A DNA stretch of 64,000 bases from Phaeosaccion multiseriatum. Taxonomy: Eukaryota; Protista; Ochrophyta, other classes. Location: positions 2,232,001 through 2,296,000 of the forward strand of contig OZ218953.1 in the NCBI GenBank assembly GCA_965112735.1, given 5' to 3'. Of the stretch, positions 14,091 to 24,700 are shown one piece after another. The position numbers and the translations under genes are program-made. Each line of letters starts with the position of its first letter. Positions within the stretch are counted from its first letter, which is position 1. The notes beneath the pieces were generated by a model. It was given only the letters and a program-made list of their open reading frames with translations, made no database searches and was not told where the DNA came from.

Positions 14091-16609
14091 CCCGATGATC
14101 CCGAGGGGGTGACCTCGAGGGGAGCTTCCCCGTCCGCGCAGCACACCTGCCGTTGGTCATTCAAGAGGGGGAAGGATCAGGACGGAAGCACACAACAACC
14201 GCATAAGCAACAGCAAGAGCTGTTTCTTCTTCCCTTCTTCTCGTATCAACTGCACCTCACAGCCGCCCACGGACGTCCAACTCGACTCACCATTTGCTGC
14301 TGCTCGGCTTGCTCATGGTGCTCTCTACGGGCCCTGGCAAGCGGAGCAAGCGTAGGCAGTAGCGCCCCCGCCACCTCCTCTGCCAGCCCTGCTGGGTCCT
14401 GGAGAGGCTTCTGGGTGTGGTGATCCTGTCCTTCGGAGGAGACAGGCTGAAGGACCAGTTTGAGGACCAGTACGATGGTGGAATAGAGGTGCCGACTCAG
14501 CGTGGAGGACGACAGCGACACCACCGCCGAGGAGGGAGCGGAGGAGGAAGACGTAGCGCTTGATGTAGGCGCACACTGAGCTGAGCAGTGATGCGATGAG
14601 TCCGAAGCAGTTGGTGATACAGCGGTGGCAGCAAGCCAACAAGGAGACGCGGGCACAGCTCGATCGGCCTCCAGCAGCCCTCGAAGCACCGCAGCCAACG
14701 CCGGGAGGTGCGGAAGGACACCAGGCCCTTCCTCCTCCTCCTCCTCCTCCTCCTCCTCCTCCTCCTCCTCCTCCTCCTCCTCCTCCTCCTCCTCCTCCTC
14801 CTCCTCCTCCTCCTCCTCCTCCTCCTCCTCCCCGTCTGCTGCTGCTGTATGGCCAACCGCTCCTTCTGCTGCTGCTGCTGCGGCCGCCCTCCGTCTCGGA
14901 TTCCCCTCCAAGCTCGTGGCGAGTACGATAGAGAGCGCGAGGAGCAAAACACCCTTGGCCTCCCCCGAGGACACCACAATCCACCTTCCCTTGGCGTCGC
15001 TGCCCCTCAGCCAGCCTAGCAGGAACGGCAGCATGGCCGCTCCCTGGCCTGCCGAGAGGCTACGGCAGTAGGAGGGTAGGGCCTTGAGGATTCCCGTGCT
15101 GAGCAGACGGTCAAGCTGAGCCCCCCGCCGAGTCAGCCCCTGCTGACTGACAAACAAGGCGCTGGGGCTGTAGGGAATCACAAGCCTGACCTCCCCTGCG
15201 GGTGCTGCTGCTGTATCACCAACTGCAAGTGTTGCAGCCATTGCAGCCGAATCGACAACACATACTGCTGCTGCTTTACCAACTCCTTCGGCCGGACTGG
15301 GAGGGGCTGTCCTGCCGTCCCAGGCCGAAGCTGCTGCGGCCGCAGTCGAGGCTTCTACTCCTGACGCGCAATGGGAAGCGATGGAGTTCAAGCTCAAAGA
15401 GTGCGGCAAGAGGCCCACAAGGCCTGCCACCACCTCAGGGCCCTCCTCCAGGGCGTGCTTCACTCCCTTCGTTCCCGTGCCACAACCTCCTCTTCCCTCT
15501 CCTCGCGGCCACGTGGTGCACTGAAAGGCCCGCATCAGCAGTAGAGCCTCCGCCAGCCCGCTTGCTGCCTCTCCCCTGACCAGACAGCGCCTCCCCACGG
15601 CCGTGGCCAACGGAAGGAGGGTCGTGCAGAGCTCGCCGAAGTAGCGCACGGCCTCCTCGATGCTCGTCCGACAGTAGTGATGCGGTTCGGCTTCTTGCAG
15701 CCTCGGCCCTGTGCTGGCGTTTGGTCTCTCCTCAGTCGCAGCGACCACAGGAGCAGTAGCAGTAGTAGAGACAGCAGTAGCAGCAGTAGCATTGACAGCA
15801 GCAGCAGCAGCAGCAGCAGCAGTAGGAGTAGGAGGAGCTGCAGTGGTGGTGGAGGAGCTCGTCGGACACCGCGTGGCGCAGCCCAGAACCGCACTGTGCA
15901 AGTCTGCCCCCTTCCCACCACTACTTCCACCGCTGTCAGTGATGCCGTCTCTACTGCTCCCCCACCGTGCGTCCGCAGAGTGGACCATACCAAACCTGCT
16001 GCTGCTGCTGCTGCTGCTGCTGTCGCTGTGGCTGTTGCTTCCCCTAAGAAGGAGGCTTTTGAGCAGCTCTGCGTCGCTGCTTGCCTCCGCCAAGTGTCGC
16101 ACATGCTTGGTGGCAACGCGAGAAACCTCGCACGCCATGCACAAAAGGTTGAGCGCTCGCGGGGAAGATGATGATGAAGAAGAAGAAGAAGAAGAAAGAA
16201 GAGGAGGTGGCGTCCCCACAATCCTCCTCACATGAGCCCGGCGCGGGGGCGGAGGCGGAGAAACGAGCACAGGGGAGGGGGGGGGATCCAATGAAGGGCT
16301 CTGTACGGTATTCCCCTTCATCTGACTTGTGCTCTCCCCTCCTTCTCCGACGCAAACCTCGACATGCTGTAAGTCCAACACCGACATCCCAACAGTTGCT
16401 CCACGACCTTCCTCTTGCTTCTCCTTCTCTTTCACCTCCTCCCCTTGCTTCTCCTCCTCCTCCTGCTCCTCCTCTTCTTGCATCTCCTCTTGCTTCTCCT
16501 CCTCTTCAACTTCCTCCTCCTCTTCCTCCTCTTCCTCCTCCTCCTCCTCCTCCTCCTCCTCCTCCTCCTCCTCCTCCTCCTCCTCCTCCTCCTCCTCCTC
16601 CTCCTCCTC

Positions 16610-16643
<34 letters not shown>

Positions 16644-19585
16644 TCCTTGTCATCATCATGATCGCCTTCGTCCAACGCCAATTGCCAAAGAGTCATGAGC
16701 AGCTGGCCTGGATCACACCAAACGAGTGCTCTGGCCAGACTCTGCAGGAATTGAGTGCCCATTCTGCGCAGCTCGAAGCGATCCTCAAGCAGCGCTGCCC
16801 CGACCTGCCCCAGCATGGTGGACATCAGGGCGCCGCCAGAAGGGCTCGCCATCACTCGCTGTAGGAGACTCCCCTCTTCGTCGTCGCCTCGTCCTCGTTG
16901 TTCACCAACGAGAGCTTCAACGCTTTCGTCACTACCCTCACCTCCATCTCCTCCTCCTCCTGCTGCTCTTCGTCTCTTTTCCTCCTTCTCTTGAGGACCA
17001 GCAGCACAACAACCGCCGCTCCTCCCCAGCTGATGCACGTGTTCAGTGACCAACCCTCTCACCACCCCCTCGTACACCATCATCATGCCCTCCCACCCCT
17101 GCCAACAGATCGGCTCAGGAGCGCGGGGAGCAGGAGGAGGATGGTGCTCCCGTCTCTCCTCTCGGAAAGGGTTCCTGCACCCCGCTTCCATCGACGGTGG
17201 AACATGCTCAACCGTGCCCCTGCCCCTGCCCGTGCTCCCCCCCCTCCTCCTCTTCCTTCCAGTCCCTCCTCTCCCCGATGCTGCTGATGCCGTGCAGCCC
17301 GTACCGCGGACGTGGCAATCAGCCCCAGCCCCGTAAGCTCGCGCCGGCTCCTCAACCTCACTACTCCTCTCGCTGCTGCTGCTACTGCCACTGCCGTTGC
17401 TGCTGCACGCTCCACCAGACGGTTCCGGCTGCCGCGGCTGTATCACCAACTCCCCCCCCTCCCACGCCTCCGTGAGGTGCTGTAGTACGCGCACGACTTG
17501 CTCGGGCCGCCCTCCCCTTAACGCCAGACTGTGCAGCCCTCGAGAGGCCTCTTGCCGTACTGTGGATGAGACGTGCTTTAGTGCGCCCGTCAGGCCTGCC
17601 AACAGACGAGGCCAGCGCTCCTGCAGAGCCTCCCTGGGCAGGACGGAGACAGACGCCATTCGATCTAGTAGACCCAATGCGCCTTCCATCTGCTGAGGCG
17701 TAGCCACCGTCGTCGTGTGTATGTGTGTATGGGTGTGTATGTGAGGAGCCGATGGAGGAGGATGGGGGTGCATGAGAGAGCAGCTCTCCTCCTCCTCCTC
17801 CTCCTCCTCCTCCTCCTCCCCGGGGGGAAGCTCACCCACACCCTGCACCGCCGCCGCTGGAGAAACGTCATGTTCTCTTTGAGCTTGCACTTGCCCTTGA
17901 ATGGTAGCAAGCATAATGTCGAAGAGGGCGAGTTTCTTATATCGTTGAACTCCCACATCGAGCTCCACGAGACGCGAAAGCACAGCCTGCGAGGCGCGCC
18001 TCACCTCCAGGTGCTGGCTGCTGTCCAGCATGGTGCAGCATATTGTGTCAACGGCCGCCTCAGCCACCGAGGCTTGCGCAGTGCTGCTGCTGCTACTACT
18101 GCTGCTGCTTAAGAAAGGGGTTGAGCTCAGTCGTACACTCTCATTGGCGCCGTGATTATTCCCTGCTGCCGTCACCTTGTGCTGCAGCTCCTTCTTGAGC
18201 TGGTTGCCCTTCAAGACAGCCTCTAGTCCCAGCAGGAGGCCGTGCGCGCGCTTCCACGCGATGCTTGATGCAGCAGCAGTAGCAGCAACAGCATCAGCCG
18301 TAGCAATTGGTGATACGGCAGCAGCAGTGGCAAATGGACTGCTTGCGTCAAGGGGCGCATCAGAAGCCGAGAGAGGCGGCCGACTTTCCACATGAAGAGC
18401 GTCGGTGCTCGAAACAGCAGCACCACCGCATGCCTTCTTCGTCCTTCCTCCTTCCAGCCCATCCACGAGGCAAGTAAAGAGTCTCTCCACCTGCTGCGCC
18501 GGCATCAACATGCTCAGCTCCACCACTGCACCAGCGGAGAGCTTGCGGACTTGCGACCACGCGTCTGTCAGGCCCAGCAGCAGAAGGGCATTCAGCTCGT
18601 CTGAGATTCGCGCTTCAACGCCAAGCTCGCCTCCACCTTCCGTGCCCCAGCCGGAGTCATGATTTTGATGCTGGCCCTGATCCTGAACTTGATTCTGTCT
18701 CTTTCGGCGCCGCTCACCGCCAGCGATCCTCTTGTCCGTGACCCTCTTAATCACGGGAAGCATCTTTTGTAGCCGGGACGCAGCACGTTCTGACCCACCC
18801 GCTCCATACACACCGGTAGCACCAGCACCAGCACCAGCGCCAACAGCACCAGCAGGAGAAGAGGAACGGGGGGGAGGAGCACTGGCGCTGTTTGCATCCG
18901 CTACGGTCGGTCGCAGCAGCAGCACCTCCCTGCAAAGTCAGTAGGGGACAAAGACGGGCATTGAGCGTTACATCGGGGTTGTAGCCAGAGTTTCACGGCA
19001 AGGGGTGTTGAAAATGGGCCTGCTGACTTGCTCTAGTCTTCTCGCCTCTGTGCAACTGTCGCATGCTTCCTGACCTGAAAGTCTGGAGCAGCTGCAGCCA
19101 CAGCGAGCCATCCCAGCTGCACTCCTCCTCCAGGGCTTGCAAAGCGGCGTGGGATGCCAGTCTCACATGCACCGAAGCTTTAGCACACGAGGGAGTCACC
19201 CGTACATTAGGTTCCAAGAGAGGGCGAGAGTTAAGGACGAGAACGAAAGGGGGGGCAAGAGCAAGATACCAACATTATCTTCGTTTTTCTTACTTGAGGA
19301 GCCATCGGTGGTGACAGTACCCGATGACCAGGTCCACCGGAACCTGCTGAGTGCTGCACCCGTTGCCTCTCTCGCCATGGAGCTGCCACTACTCTGCATG
19401 GAGCTTTCCATCGCTTCGACAGCCTTGTTCGCTGGGGCCGCCAGTCCGTCCACCATGGCGGACACGAGAAGCGGCTCACCGCAAAACTCCAGCGCGTCCC
19501 CTGCTGGGGATCGACATGGTCCTTCCATGGTGCTCGTTTCTCTCTCACCTACCCCACCCCCCCCCTCTCGATGATACGCCGACAC
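13518..19585 (-). CDS. Large (~1830 aa) uncharacterised HEAT/ARM-repeat-like protein with long poly-Glu, poly-Ser, poly-Ala, poly-Gln and poly-Gly tracts
   Basis: Phase-consistent exons 19585-19294, 19177-19075, 18929-14291 (4.6-kb exon), 14146-13787, 13625-13518 (ends GDKV*). HEAT-like helical motifs: LLLLGLTDAWSQVRKLSA, MLDSSQHLEVRRASQAVL, ALKHVSSTVRQEASRGL, LLEDRFELRRMGTQFL. The specific family is not recognised. Confidence 0.65.
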
Positions 19586-19679
19586 ACCAATGGTAACCGA
19601 TCGTTGACTTATGCGGCGTTTCAGATCCGCGAATCGGATCGCAATCCTGCAGCCTTCCCTTATTCGGATATCAAGTGCT

Positions 19680-21025
19680 GGACACTCTTTCTTACATTCC
19701 TTCGCAAACGTTGAAGTGCTGGAGCAGATTGCCCTCTATACACTAGGATGGATAAAGGCCAGCTTGGGTTAGGATACGACCCGGGAGAGTCTCTAAGTTG
19801 GAGAAATTCTGTTTCTCTCTATACTGTTCTCCACAGCTACTTTCTCTCTCGCTCGTCGCCTCTGCCCCTCTCCCCCCGCAGGCCTCCTCTAATCTCACTC
19901 TCCTATCCCTCACCACTGCCTCCCCCATCCTTCCTTCCTGCGTCCTGTAGCTCAACTCCTCTCCTTCTTTCCTTCCTTCCTTCCTTCCTTCCTTCCTTCC
20001 TTCCTTCCTTCCTTCCTTCCTTCCTTCCTTCCTTCCTTCCTTCCTTCCTTCCTTCCTTCCTTCCTTCCTTCCTTCCTTCCTTCCTTCCTTCCTTCCTTCC
20101 TTCCTTCCTTCCTTCCTTCCTTCCTTCCTTCCTTCCCCACTACCCTCCCCGCCATAAATTCAATGACAGCTGCTGGACAACGGGAGCGTCAAGTGCTTTA
20201 GGCACAACGGCGAGGGCCAGCTCGGACAAGATGACTCGACTGAGTGGGCCATTTCTTCGTCTGGCATGGTGTGTGAGAGGGCAAGAAGATGTCCTTAGTT
20301 CACTTGCTCCGTTCCTGTTTTTGGTGCTTGTCAGCCACGCGCCCTGCTCTCCCCTCCTCCCCCCTGGGGCCTCGTGTGCTGGGCGGCTGACTGGCCTCCA
20401 AAACGGAGACGACCTGTCTGCAGGTGAGTCGTCTAAGGAAATTCCCTCCCCTCTCCACGTATCCTCGCTTTGTGCCACGTTCCCATTCCCACGTGCGCTC
20501 CTCGGTCTTTTGGGGGTTGCACCTGCAAGGCTGGATCTTGCGCGTCGCCTTCTCAGGTCTTTTTTTGGCGGTGGGCTGTGCCTTTGCTTGGGGGCTGTGG
20601 GGCACCTGCGAGGCACCTGTGGGGCACCTGTGGATCACCTGTCGCTATTACGCTCGGCGCATCCGTTACAAGATTCCCAAGGCTGTGGGAGGGAAGGAGA
20701 GCGTGAAAGTCGCTGTCGCGAATGCGATGAACGAGGCCGACCAGATGTCCGAGAGGTACGTCAAGGCTTTCCCGTTCAGAACTGGGAGAGGAGGAGCTAG
20801 CCAAGGAGAGTCTTATATTGTGTGTAGAGTACTGGTTATTGTAGCTTGTTGCCTGGACCGAGGCACGCAGGGGAGACTGGTGCCGTGGTCCGAGAGGGGA
20901 ACGGTGCTGGAGAGAGGGCGATAGGTCGCTTAGATGAGCGTTGTGCCTTGTACAAAGGCATGTAGCATAACAATAGCAGTAGGCTACAGCTATCGGCGGT
21001 AGGGATCATGTTGTTGGGTCGATAT
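19680..21025 (+). pseudogene. Degenerate, internally deleted duplicate of the downstream RCC1-propeller/TM gene
   Basis: Colinear remnants of exon 1 end (TTCCTTCGCAAACGTTGAAGTGCTGG, ~19697), exon 2 (GGCCAGCTTGG.TTAGGATA, ~19757), exon 4 (20161-20270) and exon 5 (20405-20423) with flanking intron sequence. These join at 20504 directly to sequence homologous to the last exon and 3' UTR (29466-29990). Splice sites and exon 3 are lost. Confidence 0.85.
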
Positions 21026-21100
21026 CCCCCCCCCCCTCTCCCTCGAGCGGCTCAGCACGAGTCGGCCCCGTGCACGCCTAGCGGCCTAGGCTCTATGGGA

Positions 21101-21468
21101 GAGTGAGTGAGTGAGTGAGTGAGTGAGTGAGTTAGTGAGTGAGTGAGTAAGTGAGTAAGTGAGTGGGTGAGTGGGTGAGTGGGTGAGTGAGCCGAGTGGG
21201 TGGGTGGGTGAGTGGGTGAGTGAGTGAGTGGGTGAGTGAGTGAGTGAGTGAGTGAGTGAGTGAGTGAGTGAGTGAGTGAGTGAGTGAGTGAGAGAGTGAG
21301 AGAGTGAGTAAGTGAGTGAGTGAGTGAGTGAGTGAGTGAGTGAGTGAGTGAGTGAGTGAGTGAGTGTGTGAGCGAGGGGGGGAGAGGGGGGCACGGGGGG
21401 GGGGAGGGAGGGTGGAGTGAGTCAGGGAGTGAGTGAGTGAGTGAGTGAGTGAGGGAGGGAGGGAGGGA
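21101..21468. repeat. (GAGT)n microsatellite between the pseudogene and the RCC1 gene
   Basis: Direct inspection. Confidence 0.95.
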
Positions 21469-21795
21469 GATAACGCCTTTGAGCTCCTGAGCCCGTGATC
21501 GGTAATCGAAGCGTTTCAGAAAATTTTTCCCCTCCCTTTTCAATTTGCACGTACTCCACTCCTCCCGCCCGGCCCTCTGAACAGTACTCCTTACCTCACC
21601 ATAGTCTTGCTTTCTGCATTGGTGATGTGGTGTCTTTTATTGGTTTGGTATCGCTTGTAGTAGACCATCGTAGTAGTTAACATGGTGAAAAATTGAAAGG
21701 AAATTTTAGAGGAGTGGGAGGCGTGCATGTGTGTTGTTGGAAGCACAACCATCAGAGTGTTGCGCAGCTCGGGGTAGGCTTCCGCTTTGTGCGGA

Positions 21796-24700
21796 ATGTC
21801 TTCGTCGCAGCAGCAGGGCTCGGACACCAGAAGACATTGGCAGAAGCGACGGAAAGAGGAGGCTCGAACCCCAAGAGATGCAGGACGCTCGAGGACACGG
21901 AGGACACGGAGGACACGGTCGCAGCTCCTCTCCGTCGTGTGTGTCTGGTGGATGTCAGCTGCTGAACTCTCCTGCGATGCTGCCACCGTCGCCTGTGCGG
22001 CACAAGATAAAAGTACCTGTGCTCTTCACGTTCCTTCGCAAACGTTGAAGTGCTGGGGCAAGTAAGTTGCGAGAGTGCTGCGAAGGGAGGAGCAGGAGAA
22101 AAACTGTTAATACGCGTGCACTCCCTTCCCTGCTGCCGCATGCCCTCCTTTGCCCCATACAGGAGGGATAACGGCCAGCTTGGACTAGGATATAATCCGG
22201 GAGAGTCCCTAGGAGATGATTCTGGAGAAATGGGAGACAATCTGGTGAGTGAATATGGATGGGTGTCTATCTCCATCTTCCTATCCACGGCCACCATCTC
22301 CCTCGCTCCTCCATTGTCTCGCCTCTGCCCCTCTGCCGCAAGCCTCCTCTCGTCTCACTCCCCTGTGCCTCGCGACTGCTTCTCCGTCCTTCTTCCCGCG
22401 CCTTGCTGAAGGGCTCTGTTGATCTCGGGACCGGCCTGGGCGCAACACAAATCGAAGCGCTGAGTAGCTCCCTGTGTGCGGTACGTAGTACCACAACCAC
22501 GTGAAGGGGGGGATTGGCGGAGCGAGAAGTAGCAACAAGCTTCCCCTACACACCCCTGCACTGTTCGGTCCTGTGGCCCAACTTCTCTCCGGTCCTGTGG
22601 CCCAACTTCTCTCCTTTCCCATCCCCACCCCCTCCCCGCCAAAAATATGCAATGACAGCTGCTGGACGACGGGAGTGTCAAGTGCTTTGGGCTGAACGAT
22701 GAGGGCCAGCTCGGACAAGACGACAACACTGCACGGGGCCTTTCTGCGTCTGACATGGTGTGTAAGAGGCAGAGCAGGAAGCTGTCGTTATTCACTTGCT
22801 CCCGCCGTCTTGACACCTTGGTGCTCATATTGCGTATGCGCCCTCCTCCCCCCTCCCACCCCCGGGGGGCCCGTGTGCTGTGCGGCCGGCTGGCCTCCAA
22901 AAGGGAGACAACTTGTCTGCAGGTGAGTTGTCCGAGGAAAAAGTTCCCTCCCCTCTCCGCACATCCTCGTTTCCTACGCGCCTTACATTTGTTATTATCA
23001 CGTGCGGCTCCTCGGTCTCTGTGCGTGTGCGTCGCTTCCACACTTGCAGTGTATCTCGGAGGAGGCACTGTTACGAGCATTGCAGCGGGCCTCGATTTCG
23101 CATGCGCCCTGCGGAGCACCGGGGCGGTTCGATGGTATGCACGACGAGAAGAAAGACAAACTGTACCCCACCATCCCACCTCAGCCTTTATACAACCACC
23201 TCTGCACTGCTTCTACCACGCCCTCATGTACTGATTTGAATACCCTGCATCTGTGGCTCACATCCTTTTCCTTTCTTTCTGTTCCGCCCTTCGTCGCTCT
23301 CATTTCGATGATGCATTGTTACACGCCAAACATCGCAATGCGTCGCAAAAGCTGGGGGAAGAACACCAAAGGGCAGGTACGAGACAAGCGCGCATCTCCT
23401 CTCGCTCCATTCTATGCCAACCTCGCCTCGCAATAGATGGGAGGGAGGCGGGGGTACACACACGCACCAAGCAACATACACAACAGAGAGAGCGAAAAAG
23501 AAGGAGAGAGACGGAGATAGGCGCAGGGTTAAGAGGGTAAGGAGCCCGCCGGCCTCGTGTGAGACTGTCACGGGACTTGAGCGAGGCTCTTTCCTCACCC
23601 TTACGAGCACTCAGTGGGGCGAGGAACTGGGTTAAGGAAAAGGCAGCTTCTCAGCATTCGAAGCATCACCCCCCCCCCCCCCAATCACTCACTAGCTGTT
23701 CTCTTCTCCTGCCCCCCCCTCTCTGCTCACGCCTGCCCGATGATGACGCCAAGGCGGGACAAGGCATTACCCACTCCATCGGGAAAGACTCAACCTACCC
23801 CATGAGCACACTGGTACGCGCGACTGCCCGCCTCTTTACTGCCGACTTTCTTACCATTCGCGCGATATAAACCGTTGACGGAAGTCTGCCTGCCTGCCTG
23901 CCTACCTGACTAACTGACTGACTGACAGACTAACTGACTGACTAACTGACGCTGCCTCCCTCCCCCCATCCCTCCCTCCTTCCCTCCCTCCCTCCATGCC
24001 TCCCTCCCGACCGCATTGACCGACTGACCGACTGACGGATTAATGAATCGAACACGGGCAGTCCGACATAAGCCTACCCTCGGGCACAACCGCAACAGCG
24101 ATTGCCGCGGGGGGCACCTCCGTATGTGCGGTGAGTAACGACAGTGGACCTACAGCTACCGCTCTGCCACTTCGTCACACAGCCCTGACGCTGTATCCTC
24201 CTGCCGCGCTCCCGCACACGTCCATCCTCTCCCATACACAGATCCTTAGCAATGGAGAAGTTGTCTGCTGGGGAGAAGGAACATCAGGTGAGGTAGTGAG
24301 TACCGCAGGTTTACATTTGGATATCCTTTCGCAGAGGGACAAAGGACGCTGTGCTGTGGCTGATGAGTGTCCGAGAGCTTGTCCCTGGCTGGTCTCTGCA
24401 GCCATAGACTCTCTCGCCTCTCCCCCGACTGGCGTGTGCTCCTCGCTCTCTGAACTGCCTGCTACTGCTGCTGCTGCTGCTGCTGCTGGTGCTGCTGCTT
24501 CTTCCTTTCTGCTCTGCTATCATCCGATACCCCTCCGCGCTCAGGCCAGGTAAGAGAATTGAATGGCTGTGCGCGTGAAGAAGGAGACCTCGGAATATAT
24601 GGTGGCTGACCCCTTGGGGTGCATGGGTGCGAATGGCCATTCCGAGGAATCGCAGGATGGGTACTAGTGCAAGCAAGGGGAAGCGGGACACCATGTGGAC

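Noticed and set aside
15210-15226. TATCACC in the dispersed motif resembles the lambda operator half-site
   Set aside because: Only 7 bp, with no symmetric second half and no phage context, so treated as coincidence.
22052-22067. Possible GC-AG donor (G|GCAAGT) in RCC1 exon 1
   Set aside because: The adjacent GTAAGT donor gives the correct phase for exon 2, and the GC site does not.
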